Below, in pieces: positions 23,861 through 38,177 of a DNA stretch of 64,000 nt. The translations under genes were made by a program, and so were the position numbers. The stretch spans positions 60,388,001 through 60,452,000 of the forward strand of contig OX597820.1 of the NCBI GenBank assembly GCA_951406725.2, given 5' to 3'. Source of the stretch: Octopus vulgaris (taxonomy: Eukaryota). Within the stretch, counting starts at the first letter, position 1, and the number at the start of each line of letters is the position of its first letter. The notes under the pieces were generated by a model. That model was given only the letters and a program-made list of their open reading frames with translations, was not told the origin of the DNA and made no database searches.

Positions 23861-25519
23861 TCTGAATAATAGTAAAACAATTCTGTCAAGTAATAAATCT
23901 GGGTTTCTACCGTTTGCAGTGGTTTTCATAATTGGAAGTATTTATTTATTTATCTTATTTCAGAAAGCAGTCACATTTTTATTTAAAATGACTTTATTGT
24001 GTGAAGTTGTTGCAGTTGATGTTGCTATCAGCTTTTTGATCAGTCCCAGACAGTTCTGTGATCAAGTGAGAAGAATGTGATCAAAGATTTGCCAACCATA
24101 TTTTTGTACATACAAGACTACCTTGTCCAATATGTCCTAGATAACTCCAGAAGGTCTAATTATATTTAGTGAGTCCCCCATTGGCTAGAACTGGGTTGAA
24201 TTGATAAACTTAAAATTTTAGTCTAGAAATTTATAGAATTACTTTACGTTGAAGTCATATCAAAAATATTTTCTATGAATAATTTTCCACCGCCTTGTAA
24301 CACTGCAATTCGCCTCATTCTAATGTGATTTCTTAACATTAAAGAATTTTCAGTAAGAAAACTGAATATGATTTAGTTTTGTGAAACTGTACCCTCTATT
24401 CTAATTTCATTCACAACAAGGATACATTACAGGAATAGAATCAACTCAATTCTACGAATACGCGCTACTATTCTTCTGCTACAATCCCATTCAGTCATAG
24501 AGTTTGTACACTGACTTCATCCTCACTCAAGTTATGCTCTATTGCTACTGTTTCATATTGGATGTGGGCGTTATGTACTGTTAAAATAATAACACAGCTG
24601 TAGTAGAACAGAATATTGGAATGTATTGGAAAGAATTTATTCACATACGAGCTATTATTTTATCTTTCGAGGTCTTTGCTACTTAAATTGAGTAGACTAC
24701 TCCATTGCAAAAATCTTTCCACAAATACAAAGAAATCTGACGTATATAAAACTGCACTGACAAGTCTTTTGAAACTGCAACAATACTTAATTAATCGGAA
24801 CAATTATTGTACACAGGCATGTGGAAACCAATTTTTGGTGTAATAATCGCATATATACATCACAAGACAATTGTTTAATCTCATATTAAAAGTTTCCTGT
24901 TATGCGTGGGAAATATCTTTCTCTTAAATTCTTAGACTAGATTATTCAGAAGCTGGAGAAGAAATCCAATAACACCAGCAAACAGAAATATTGGTTTCAA
25001 ATTTTGGCATAAGCCTAGCAGCTTCGGGGCGGCGGGACAGTCAATTACATTCACCTCAGTGCCCAACTGGTACTTATGTTATCCACCTCGAAAGGATAGA
25101 AGGCAAAGCCGATCTCGGCGGTATTTGAACTGAAAATGTAAAGACGGATGAAATGCCGCTAAGCATTTAATCGGCAGGCTAACGATTCTATCAGCTCGCC
25201 GTCCAGCACAAAACAGATATATTATTCTCAAGTATCATAAACGTAATAGTTACCTATGAATTAGTTTCATATCATATACAGTATCAAACAAATATTTTGT
25301 CTATATTTCACGGTTTACATGCTTATGTTTTACACTTCTGGTAAGTGATGCAGTACTCCGGGTGCCTTGGATTATCCTGCAGATAACGAAGCTGTCATAT
25401 TCGGATTGTTTTTTGTCTTTTGTTTGTGTAGTTGATTGTTTTTTGTTATTCTGTTTGTGGAGTTGGGCATTTCCAAAAATTCTTTTAGTCTTACAAGAAT
25501 CTATTTCACAAAACAATGA

Positions 25520-25690
25520 GATAATCCAACCCGGGAGAGACTACCGTCGTGATGAAGTGGACTCCGGAATGAGGAAAAAAGACCAAGAGGAAGACCAAGG
25601 AAGGCGTGGCACAGCACATTTTAGGACGAAATGATAGCGATGGCAGACGGCCCGAGTGGAGGTAAGGTTAAAGCGAGCAATTAGAATGTT
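25520..25690 (+). pseudogene. RTE-type LINE 3' remnant
   Basis: VMKWTPE*G.RPRGRPRKAW motif. Confidence 0.55.
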
Positions 25691-25961
25691 TTGAGAAGGC
25701 TCGTTTGTAAGTTATGCTGACAGCACTGGAAGATCTAAGGACTAAGAACTTTTAACAATCAAGCTCAGTTTTAAGATTCCATTTCTTCAGACGCATGGTC
25801 GCCCTGAGCTGATGACAGAGGTTGGATATTATACCCGGATACTTTTCCTCTTTTACGTGAGACCCAAAACCATATTGGACCCAAAATGAAATAATCGTGC
25901 TTTCTAGTTGTCTTCGAGGCATAAGTTTGTTATAATTGACGGCAAGTTCATTATGTCTCAG

Positions 25962-26370
25962 ACATGGCTGTGTGGTTTGGAAACTCGCTTTGCGATTACG
26001 CGGTTTCGGGTTCAATATCACGACGCTACACTTTGGAAAAGAGTTTTCTACTATAGCCCCGGTTTGACCAATGCCTTATGAGTGAATTTGGTAGACTGAA
26101 ACTGTGTGGAAGCCCGGCGTATGTATGTAAGTAATGTGTGTGTGTGAGAGCGTGCGTGTGCACACGTGCGCGTTTGTTTTTATCCTCACTTCCACCGCTT
26201 GACAACTGGTGTTGGTTTGTTTTCGACCTCGTAACATAGCAGTTCGGCAAAAGACACCGGTATAATAAATACCAAAGTTAAAAAATAAGTACTGGGGTCA
26301 ATTTGTTCGACCAAACCCTTCAAGGTGGTGCTCCAGCATGGCCACAGACCAATGACAGAACCAAATAAAA
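25962..26370 (+). mobile_element. SINE family A, diverged copy
   Basis: Head, internal TG tract and tail all recognisable. Confidence 0.8.
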
Positions 26371-27292
26371 TAAATAAAAAAGCGAATGAAAGAAAAGATG
26401 CTCCTGCAACCAAGGTGTAAACGTGTACTCTGTAACAAACAGACGGAATTCCGCCCACTTTGCGGCTGATGTCATCAGGTTTTTCCACTAGACAAAGAAG
26501 AATATATTTTACGAAGCAAATGACAAAATTTTGTTAAAAACTGCGCTTGAGAGTATATACAGACCGAAGCTCTTGAAGTTGAAAACGCACCACATAGACC
26601 TAATTTTTCTTAACACGTTTGAACATATTCTGTATTATTTTGAAAAATATTTGAAAATTGTATTGTTAACAAATATCTAATTGGACAGCAATTATTATGG
26701 TTGGTGTGTCTTTTGATGTTTTGGAATTCTAATTCATTGTGGTAGACAGTCCTATGTTTATGTATCACATTGAAGTTAATTTATAAATGGATATAATTTA
26801 AACCAATGTATTGTCCAGTACAAGAATTTTTCATTTACATTCATCTGTCTATGAAATACTATTTTCTCTTTTTTTCCCTTCATTCTAGCAGTGTACGAGC
26901 TTGTTGCTTTTTTTTCTTCCTTTTCTAGTATTCGTCCACTATATTCATAAAAAAAATGTTTCATAACCGAAAGTTTGCTTTCCAAGTTTATATACATTTT
27001 CTGTAGTGGTTGTATGGGTAAAAATCTCATTGTGTAACCATGTATTTTCGGGTTGTTTTTTTATTTGGGGTTTCATTTTGCGCTTGTGTAATTTATCGTG
27101 TTCGCGATAACACGATGGCCTATGTTTGTCCTAAGAGCGACACAGACTAGACCCAAATTATCTCTTGATATCAGCATTTGCTTCTTCTTTTGTACAAATT
27201 AGCAATAATGAATTTTAGCGACACTTACTTTAATTCTTATCCTAATATTCTACTCCATTTCTGTTCACTTGCTCTTATTGTTTTATTTTGAA

Positions 27293-27590
27293 CTAGCAGT
27301 ATCGCCCGGCGTTGCTCAGGTTTGTAAGGGAAATAACTATATAAGCATTTTTAGAGAGATACTTCCCTTATATAATAGCCAAAAAATGCATTAAAAATGG
27401 GGAAAAATGATGGTAATTTTTTTTAAAATCGTAGACTCATCGTTGACGCGCGCTAATACCCAGAAGGGCTCGATATGAATCACGACTATAAGATACCCGG
27501 TTTTGGTTAAACTGCACCGCAAAATGTGGGAGTAGTTAGGAATCTAAATCGTAGGAGACAGACACACAACTTCACTTTTATATATAAAGA
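27293..27590 (-). mobile_element. Non-autonomous Helitron (298 bp)
   Basis: Minus strand starts TCTTTATATATAAAAG and ends CTAG. Subterminal imperfect hairpin cctgagc-aac-gccggg. Inserted between A and T with no TSD. Confidence 0.88.
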
Positions 27591-29050
27591 TTTTCCTCAT
27601 TATTTCATGATACATATTTTCGGGACGAAAGCGCTAAGCAGTGATGTGTATAAATCCAAACTCATTACCAGTTCAAATATGCTTGAAGTATATTCGAACC
27701 CGTAAGTAAACCATTTACAGTATTTTGTCATGGGGAAAATTTCTCGCTGGAGACAGATAATAAACACACCGAATTAGTCCGTCACGACGCTGACCAGATT
27801 GGTGGATGCATATTATATTCTTTGTTTGAAGTATGCCAATGATAACCTATGGATTTTATTGCTTGGCACATTCATAAGTTTGACGAAATGTAGTGGTTTT
27901 AATCTATTGAGCTTTTATTCTTTTGAAAATAAATTTAATCAAATATCTTTTCTGATGTCTTCTAATTCTGAATCTCATAGCTGTTAGGATTTTGTATCAC
28001 TTTTTAATTTTTATTTTATTTCATTTAGTTTCAGCTCACGAGCTGTGGTCATGCTGGGGCACCACCATCTGACAAAAAAACCCCAAAAAACAAACAAAAA
28101 CAAACGACGCAGGAACATAAAACAAAACAAAGCTGAAACCCTGACTTCTTTATGTTGTTCACAACTGGAAGGAGGATTTGAAGGAAGCATTCGTGATCCC
28201 AAACCGCATTGCAATAACACTGTTACGCCCTGACCCTATGGCATGATCTGATGTGAGGAGAAAATTCCTGAATGTCGTGTTCACAGTGCTTTAGGAACGC
28301 AATGTTGGGTGGGCACATCAAAAGGGATGGCCTCAAATATGAAGTATACAGAGTCGAAGCTAGAGTGCGTACTGTCCAGGCAGTCCTTTTGTTTGTTTCT
28401 TTCCTGGAGCTCAGCTTATACAGGCTTATAGAGCAGACGCAAAAGTGTCACCTCCGTAAAAGCGTCACCAGGAGTGGGCAGCCCCTCTACTCCCAGCTAA
28501 CATTACTGAGTACTCAGTGAACCATGTGATGCAGGAGGATGGCAGAGTACAGTTCTTCCAGTAAGGGTGAGATGTCGACAGTTTGTAACTATATTTATTT
28601 GGTTGGTTAAGAAGGAAAATAGAGCAGTGATACATAAATTGGAGAGACAAGTAGAAAATGCTTCATCAGAGGTATGTAAAGGAAAGGCCAAAGCTGAGAG
28701 CAAAGAACAAATTCTCAACGTGTAATAAAATGAAAACAGTTGTTTCATTATTAATAGTTATCGCCAAGCTAATATGGCAGTCCATAAATATAGGACTAGA
28801 GCTAGCTAGAGGCGATGACCTCTTGGAGCTAATCAACGGTAGCTTTCGTCCTACATTTATGGTCTACCATATTAGCTTGGCGATAACTATTAATATCCAG
28901 TACCGCTGCCGTAGTCTCCTTTAGAGAGACTTAGAAAGAATAATATTTCTATAGTTGTTTCATTATCTTCTGTTGTTCATGTAGCTACTTCACTGAAATG
29001 GATATTGTATCCATTTTTTAGAGCTACATGAGCAACAGAAAATAAATCTG

Positions 29051-29461
29051 GGATCTTTTCGGTTTGAACGGCAGTTTGTAACATAATTTCTAGGTAACTA
29101 AAAAATTTTAAACTTCGTATACTGGTAGAATATGTTTATAAAACATCTTTTTCTCTTGGCTTTATTGAGAAAATTCTATAGTTTGTAAAATATTTGTTGT
29201 TTTTTTCTTCAATTTCTGCAATTTCAACCAACCAATGACGTCCATTGAGGTAAACAACATTCTGTGAATATATCCCTCGTTTAAGAAATAGATTGGGTTT
29301 ATTTACATTTGTGAAGAAAAAAGATACCCCCACCCCTAACCCTAACTAACCCTAACCCTAAATAGATTGAAATGCAATAGATCGATACTAGGGTCATAAT
29401 TATGGGTGACAATTTCATATGACACCGCTAGAAAAAACTGCCGTTCAAAACGAAAAGATCC
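29051..29461. mobile_element. MITE with 27-bp TIRs, 8-bp TSD and internal (CCCTAA)n; Merlin-like
   Basis: GGATCTTTTCGGTTTGAACGGCAGTTT / AAACTGCCGTTCAAAACGAAAAGATCC. TSD TAAATCTG at 29043-29050 and 29462-29469. Confidence 0.85.
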
Positions 29462-30112
29462 TAAATCTGCGTTCCTGTGTGGGTTAAATAAACCAACGCT
29501 TTTGGTGGCAACAATGTTGTTTAATACAAATGGAGGGAGCGATACTATCAGTAATTGTAGAAATCATTACTAGCTCCAATTGAGAGCTGCTGAAGGGAAC
29601 ATTCTGCAGTGCAAACGTGTGTAAAATAATGAGATATTTCTAAATTTTTATTACCTAATCCCAATTTTATTTAATCGAAACTTTTCTGCGTCAAGTCATT
29701 TCAATCTTTTAATTTTGTTTTTGATTTTGAATCGTGGACTCCGCCTTTGTTTGGTTTAGCTAACCATTGTTCAACAGCGCTTACCTCACTTCCATAAGAC
29801 TGCAAATTCGATTAATAAACGATATCATGTCCATCACATGAAATACTCGTATGTTAGCATTTCTTTCAGTATCATTGGTAAATTTGCCTTGTACTGTACC
29901 ATTCAGCTTCATAGATACAATGTAGTATACTTTCATTACTTCACATTTTTTTAGAGCTTCCAGCGACCTCCGCTTCTGGACTGGCTGTCTTATTAGGTCA
30001 GTTACCTAGTACGGAAATGCTTGTTGTCATTATTTGTATTGAATTATTTTCGCTATATCTTGCTAATGCCTTGATGCTTTTGTTTTCAAAATATTTCTCT
30101 TTATTTGTATAT

Positions 30113-30150
<38 letters not shown>

Positions 30151-30622
30151 GTATGCGTGTCTGGTAATATAGAGCACGATGAGATTTATAAAATATGTAT
30201 AATTATAAGCAATTAAATAGATGTAGGCTTCATAAAAAGCAACGGCTATTGTCATAAAAGAATAAGGCTACATAAGCAATCTCGCATCCTCTTTTATCGC
30301 CTCCTCTTTCATTTTCTATTCAATGTGTATTTTTCGCTTTTTCGTTTTCAGCACAAGACCCACTTTCATTTACCTTAGGTGCATGCAGTTGTGTTTTGTG
30401 TCACGTACTCAGTTTTTGGAAATAAATTATGGTGAATCTTTTACCTAATAACTTACTCAATGGTATTACTTGTAATGCAGTACATATATTGCACCTGTAA
30501 TCTTGATTGCTTTTACTTACTTCCGGTGATAGGTAATTAATCGATTCAATTAATTATATCTTTCCCTATAAACGCCCCTTATAGAGGCATAATGTGAATG
30601 CTATAACACTTTGGCTCCCAAG

Positions 30623-30788
30623 TACTAGGGTAGCTACAGTGTGTGTCGCCCGGGGCGGCCCTTCCGTTTGCTGCCCCCGGACACCACAAAAAACCTATAT
30701 TGCCTACCGAAGACTCAAAAGTGGTACCCCTTTAAAAGTGCCGCCCGGGGCGGACAACCCTCACCCACAACCACTAGCTACGCTAGTG
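30623..30788. mobile_element. hAT-like MITE
   Basis: TIR tACTAGGGTAGCTA / TAGCTACGCTAGTg. 8-bp TSD ctcccaag/ctcccgag. Confidence 0.8.
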
Positions 30789-31979
30789 CTCCCGAGTCTA
30801 GTTTCCTGTTTAGTCTCAAGGCATCAATACGATATCTTAAATAATTTGGATAAGGGCGCCATAATATTTTTTTACCCTAGAGAGGCAACTCTGGACAGAC
30901 CTTTTCAAAGCTATTGCTTTAACTAAAATACAGTCAACAACATTGACTGATTTGCTCCAGTAGAAATTACCGTAATATTAGCGTCAAGCACTCTTCAGGC
31001 ATTAACCTAAATTTGCTTATACATACATACATTATGGTTCCAAACTCGTGTTCGCGTATTGTTATCGGCTGATCGAAAGTCCGATACATGCGAAGGGTAC
31101 GACCAGCCATTTCTGAGATAGGTCTTGCACTTTTTTCAAGCGATGCCTGTACATGATGATTTGTTTTTTATAGTGGAGAAAAGATTTGCACAAATCCAGT
31201 CCCACTCTCTGAACATGGACAAAATAAACTCGAAACAAAGAACTAGTCTACATCATCGAATATTGTCAGTGTTGCAGGTTTTCTCTCAGAGGTTTCCTCT
31301 CCTTGAGAGATGTTGTGATAACGACAGAGAGGCCTCCCTTTTCCCAGTGGGCCAACCGCGCGCCTGGACACCAACCCAAGTATTTCCATGTACCTGTGCA
31401 TACATTCATGCATACACACACAAGTACATACATTGCTGGATGGCCGTTGACTGTTCATGAGCTCTTTCGCCTTTTTACAGGTTTTAATTTTCGTCCTGCA
31501 GCTTGTCAAACAACCACTCACGTGGAGGCGCAATGGCCCAGTGGTTAGGGCAGCGGACACAATTCCCAGACCGGGCATCGTGAGTGTTTATTGAGCAAAA
31601 ACACCTATGCTCCACGAGGCTCCATCAGGGTGGTGGTGGTGAACCCCGCTGTACTCTTTCACCACAACTTTCTCTCACTCTTTCTTCTTACTTCTGCCAC
31701 AAAGCAGACGAACCATGATGTAACCCACTATGGTGTGGTAAACTTTCATACCCTAGTCTAGCTTGCGAATCCTCTGTACCCCAGGATGGTTCAGCTCTCC
31801 ACCCGTTAAAAGCCACCGTTTACGGAATGAGGATAACAACATAGCTTTCGCGCCTGTGCAATCGCCAGTCTATCGCGTGTGGTGGGTGGACCTTCAAGTT
31901 GCCACACGCATTCTTAGTAGCTTAGAGTAGGCTCGAATTAGAAATTATTTTTTGTGGCTAATGGCGTGAGTCCTGATTG

Positions 31980-32049
31980 GAAGAAGAAGAAGAAGAAGAA
32001 GAAGAAGAAGAAGAAGAAGAAGAAGAAGAAGAAGAAGAAGAAGAAGAAG
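31980..32049. repeat. (GAA)n microsatellite
   Basis: Seen directly. Source of the poly-E and poly-S ORFs. Confidence 0.95.
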
Positions 32050-34015
32050 ACAACCACTCACCAAACAAGCTTGATGAGGTCGCCAGTTTAGTCGCCGATG
32101 ACCCGACCATGCAACAGATCATACTGGGTTGCATGTTCCTAGTAGCGCCCAAGAGCAACCTAATATAAACATACATACATACATACATACATACATACAT
32201 ACATACATACATACATACATACATACGTACATACATACATACATGCAAATGTATATACATGCATGTATAATACGAAAACAAACACGCATATATACGGCGG
32301 GTTTCTGTAAGTTACTATTTCCCAAATTTCATTCACAAAACTTAGATCAAGCCGACGCTTTGTTAAAAGACACTGCTGACAGATTAGAGACTAGCAAATT
32401 TGTGTGATGAGATGATGAGGAGTGTACTTTTAATGTTTAATTTGGATTGGTATTCGTTGATAATAATTGGTGTGAGAATGGAAGAAAAGATGGAACTACT
32501 ACAAGGTGCTTGGATGTGAGATATAGAACGACTGAAGAATAGACACAAGTAGAAGGTGTGAGGATCATTGTAACACCGATGAAAGACTGAAATGACAAAC
32601 TCTGTATACTCTGAGCAAATGTTGGAGAAATATAATTTAATGTTTGCTCATCGAACCGGACAGTTTCAGATCGCATATTTTGAAGACAACATGGGTGTTG
32701 GAGAAATAGAGATGGTATTAATTTGTGGTGTTAACTTGTGGTGTTTCTGTGGGAAAATTCTCATAACGTTGATTTTGATTTTCCATCTCCCGGAGTCGAT
32801 ATAAAAGGAAAAGAAAGAAGTATGCGGAATGGACTGGGTTGAATTCCATCAACTATGTTCTTTACTTAAGAATCTGTGGCCTTGTGGCGTCCACGTAAGA
32901 AATCAATTCTTGCTGACAAAATTTGATGCACCCTTACAAAGAGAAGGGATTTGTTATATAAAATATTGCGGTTTGAAAATAAATTGTATCTGCACGAGGT
33001 AGTAATTTAAGTTCTTAATCTTAGATTTCTATTATAATTTCTCTGATATCTATGATGCATTGCAGACAACCTTAGCACTTAACAAGTTAATACTTCATTT
33101 TGTTGACTTTGGAAGGGTGAGAAGTAAAATGGACCTCGGTGAACAACATTTTCATCATATTGGAAATGTAGGCATTCCAAGAAAAAAAAATCACTCGAAA
33201 CAGATCAAAGTTTTATTTTTATCCCGTTTCAGTTATTGGACTGCGGCCATTCTGGAATACAGCATTGAAGAGTTTAGTCATGAAAATCGACCCCAGTACT
33301 TATTAATTTAAAAGTTTCATATTTATGCTATGGATGTCTTGCCTAACTGCTAAGTCATTGGAACATAGATAACCAACATCAGTTGTCAAGAAGTGATGGA
33401 GGGACAAGCGTAACGCAAACATATACACCCACACACGCGACGAGCTTCTTTCAGTTTCCGTCTTCCAAATTCACTCGCAAGGCCTTGGTCAACCTGGGGT
33501 TATAGTAGAAGACACTTGTCCAAGTTGTCATGCAGCGGAACTGAATGTAAGACCACGTGGGAAGCAAACTTTTTAATCGCACAGCCATGTCTGCGCCTCT
33601 TGGTTTCTTGGTGTAAAATTGCTCATGAAAAAGGTAGAGCTGCGATTTAGTATTCTGGAGCTAAGCAACGCTTGTCTATTCGTTAAATTATTACTGCATT
33701 TTTTAACATCCTTATAGGGAAGCAGGTTGATTAGCAGCCGCTAAGAAAGTATACGATCTGATCTAGAATAAATGTGTGACAGGTAGTTTAAAATTCATAC
33801 TATTTTCGAAAGGCTATTTATTCTGATTTTAAATCTGAAAGTATAAATGTATATATGTGTATATAGTTTTCTTTGAGATTTATATTAAGTTCTTTGCAGA
33901 ATTCAAGCCGGTTACTAACAGACAAGGGTGTTTTGTTCTTGTCAAGGTAGTTGTAGAGATTTGTGAATATGCTAGTGTGTATATGTGTACATGTACGTAT
34001 GTGATAGTGTGCTTA

Positions 34016-34290
34016 TGTATGTATGTATGTATGTATGTATGTATGTATGTATGTATGTATGTGCGTATGTATGTATGTATGTATGTATGTATGTATGTAT
34101 GTATGTATGTATGTATGTATGTATGTATGTGTATGTATTTATAAATGCAAGCATGTACATATGTACGTTATGTATTGAGTATGTGTGTATGTATAAATGT
34201 ATAGATGTTTATATATGAATGCATGCTTGTATGTATATATGAGTGTGTATGTATGCATGCATGTATGTATGAATGTATGCATGTATGTGT
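34016..34290. repeat. (ATGT)n microsatellite with decayed flank (another at 32171-32243)
   Basis: Seen directly. Confidence 0.95.
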
Positions 34291-34334
34291 GTTTCTATAA
34301 ATTTGGTGTTTATGTGTTTATTCGTTTATTCTTT

Positions 34335-34770
34335 TATTCTTTTACTTGTTTCAGTCATTTGACTGCGGTCATGCTGGAGCACCACCTTTAGTCGAACAAA
34401 TCGACCCCAGGACTTATTCTTTGTAAGCCTAGTACTTATTCTATCGGTCTCTTTTGCCTAACCGTTAAGTTACGGGGACGTAAACACACCAAGATCGGTT
34501 GTTATGCATTGGTGGGCGGACAAACATAGACACATAAATACATACATACATACATACATACATACATACATACATACATACACATCTATATCTATACACG
34601 CATACACAAGGGGCTTCTTTCAGTTTCCGTCTACCAAATCCACTCACAAGGCTTTGGTCGGCCCGAGGCTATGGTAGAAGACACCTGCCCAAGGGGCCAC
34701 GCAGTGGGACTCAACCCTGAACCATGTGGCCGGGAAGCAAGCTTCTTACCACACAGCCGCGCCGGCGCCG
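34335..34770 (-). mobile_element. SINE family A
   Basis: Full-length, CpG-retaining copy. Confidence 0.9.
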
Positions 34771-36286
34771 TTCACCGAAATGCATATCTGTTTGATCAAA
34801 CACGCTCAAATGGAAATACAATAATTAGAGGTAATTGTTAACAAATATAACAAAGTAATCCATTGAATATTAAACGTATAAAAGTAATTTTTATCTATCT
34901 AGTTTTCCCTAATTCTTTTGTCTTTACCAGCGACTCAGGGAAACGATTCGCTTTTGACGTCAGTAGACTTATTAGAAAGAAAAAAAAACAACAACTCTAT
35001 AAACGAATGAATAAAATACATGTAATTGTTTGAACAAAATGTTAATATTAAAAAATAAAAATAAAAATTAAAATTGGAATTAAAACAAAAATTTAAAAAA
35101 AAAAAGAAAAAGAAACAGCTTCATTATTAGTCCCATCTGTTTAATGAGGATGATCAGAACTTTACTTCGACATCAATTGTCCTTTTCATCCGTAGTCATA
35201 CACAAGCTGCTGTTGCATTTATCATGGGGTAGTAGTAATTAACAATCATTATTATCTTATGCAGTGTGTTGCTGTTGGTGGTGGTGGTGTTGTTGTTGTT
35301 GGTATTGTTATTGTTGGTATTGTTTTTGTTGTTGTTGTTGGTGGTGGTGATGGTAGTGGTGGTGATAGTAGACATAATGACAGTGGTAGTGACTCTTCTA
35401 AAATTTCGAATAGGGGTGTAAGTAGGAGTAGTAATAACTAATATAGTTGTACTTGCTGCTGGCACTTCTCCTAGGTAGAGGATTGTCTTTAAAAATAATC
35501 GGGTTTCAGCAGCTGAAGTGAGTACTTTAATCTCTACAGTTGATAGGTTGTTCCCTATCCTAGCACAGTTTCTTTTCGTTAGCGATATTTTTTTTTATTC
35601 ATCTCTGTAAAAAAAGGGGTTTATTTATTTTTTTTTCGTTAAGAACATTCAAATGGCAACGAAGTAACATCACGTTTAAAGAAAAGTAACCAGAAATAAC
35701 CACAGGAAAAACCGATCAGTCAATATATTGTCTGCCACAGCGTAATCATTCCAGTATCTTTCTTTGATTCTTGAAGAGTTAAATGGTCCAATCATAATTT
35801 CAGAGATTGACTCTTTGGGAAAACACGTCAGCACATTTCTAAAAATTTTTAACAATCACGTTTGATATAGGTGTTGCTTTTAAAGAAAAAAAGAAAACAC
35901 GAAAAAAAAAAAAAAAAAGGAAAAAGGAAAAAGTTACAGATTGACCTTGTAAAAAGCAAACATTAAATTTATCATCATATAACTATTCAAATTAGTCTTG
36001 AATCACGCATATTTTGATTGACATTATACATTTTTATCTGTGCTCATATTATTTTGGGACAACTTCGTGAAACTATTCCAAAGGATTAATTCCTGTGTGA
36101 TTAAAGTAAGTACCTTTATACTTTTAACTTATAATTATTTTAATCTGTCGCCAGCGAACTTAAATGTTCTAATATTGTTGCCTCTTACAAAATATGGGTT
36201 GTCACGTTTTAACGGTAGTTTCTGATAAATAGTTATACATTTTGTCCTCTACTAAAATAAATACTTTCCCTTGTTATACTATTGTT

Positions 36287-36330
<44 letters not shown>

Positions 36331-36541
36331 AGTTGTTATATGCCTTACTTATTTACATTTGTAATATACGCAATGGCGTAGCGTGGGTTGCCAGCGCCCG
36401 GAGTAAGGTTAATGTTAAGGAAAGATCGCGCTACTGCTTTTAATTTACTAAGGTGCAGGCACGGCTGGTAGTGCGGTTAAGAAGTTTGCTTTGTAACCGC
36501 GCGGTTTCGGATTCAGTCCCACTGCACGACACTTTCTGCAC

Positions 36542-36608
36542 CAAGACAATCACTGCTTGTGAGTGAATTTGGAAGATGGAAACTATGTGGAAGCCTGCCC
36601 TCTGTATG

Positions 36609-36656
<48 letters not shown>

Positions 36657-36717
36657 CAGAGGGCAGGCTTCCACATAGTTTCCATCTTCCAAATTCACTC
36701 ACAAGCAGTGATTGTCT

Positions 36718-36719
<2 letters not shown>
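36542..36719. repeat. Near-perfect 178-bp palindrome centred on (TA)n
   Basis: caagacaatcactgc...ctctgtatgta-(TA)n-tacatacagag...gcagtgattgtcttg. Confidence 0.95.
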
Positions 36720-36772
<53 letters not shown>

Positions 36773-36927
36773 GAAGCAAAAACGCAATAGAGGGCATTAA
36801 AACGTTCGGACAGATAGACGACACAAAGGTGGACAAGAGAAACAACAATTAGAAGGCATAAAAAGACGGGTCATTTTTGGCTTTCTTTCGTCAGTCAAGT
36901 ACCAGAAGTCACGACCATTTCGAACAG

Positions 36928-36988
<61 letters not shown>

Positions 36989-38093
36989 TGTTAGTGTAGT
37001 CTTTGTGCTTGTCACCCCCACCGCTTGATAACCAATCTTGGTTTGTTTACGTTCCAGTAAATTAGCGGCTCGGCAAAGAAGTACCAGACGTCAAAAAATA
37101 AGTACTGGGATTGATTTTGTTCTAAACCTTCAAGGCAGTGCTCCAGCTGGCCGCAGTCCGAAGACTGAAACAAGTAAACGATAAAGTTTTGTGTGTGTGT
37201 ACACATATTCAGCTGAAATTTTGTGTTCCCGAGAATTTTGCGTTTTAGGGCAACTATCTGTGTGGCCTCTGCCCACACTACGCCTCTGAGTATACAATAT
37301 TTATATTTATGAGTAGCAGCTTTGCTGCAGGAGAGGAATATTGTTTAAATATTTTGAGTTATGCCTATATATATATATATATATATATAGTAGCAATACC
37401 ACGAAAATACATGATGCATTATCTGCTTCAGAAAGTAATTGTCTGTTTAAGGATCGTCAAAATGTTAATGTGGTAGTAAATCAGATAGCTCTATTAAAAA
37501 AAAAAAAAAAAAGCCGGAATATTGTTAATCCAAAACAAAGCGAGCAACGCATGCAATTATGCTTACCTTAATTTACAGCTCTTCGTATATTTCACTTGCA
37601 AGTATGTAAAATGCGCGGAAGTGAGTCGTGTATGAGGAAATGGATGCGCGCAAGCTGCATGACAAAATTACCGTATAGGTTGCAGCTCTTGACTGTATCC
37701 ACGGCATTTCGGACCCTGTCTAAAGCAGCGCGATTTGTGTGCTCGAACTTACTTTGTAAATTGTATCAACCATTTACCATCCACGATTATCGTTCGCAGA
37801 AAAGAGATAAATACCAACTTCATACTTCATATTCAATCTCTCTCTCTCTCACAAACACAGTGTGTGTGTGTGTGTGTGTGTGTGAGTATGTATATATGTG
37901 TGTATGTATGTATATATACGTATGTATGTATATGACAGTCAAGATGGGACTTCTCTTATTAGTCCTTTATGTTTAGATTGAAAGAAGAACGTTTTCCAAG
38001 TCTATTGGTTTCAAAATCTTCACAGCCCTGTCTTCTGAAGGCACAGCCGTGTTCCAACTTAATCTGCTATGCAAGTAACAAAGAGCTAGCCGT

Positions 38094-38177
<84 letters not shown>

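Noticed and set aside
31958-35465. Poly-S, poly-E, YVCM-repeat and poly-T/N ORFs
   Set aside because: Translations of microsatellites.
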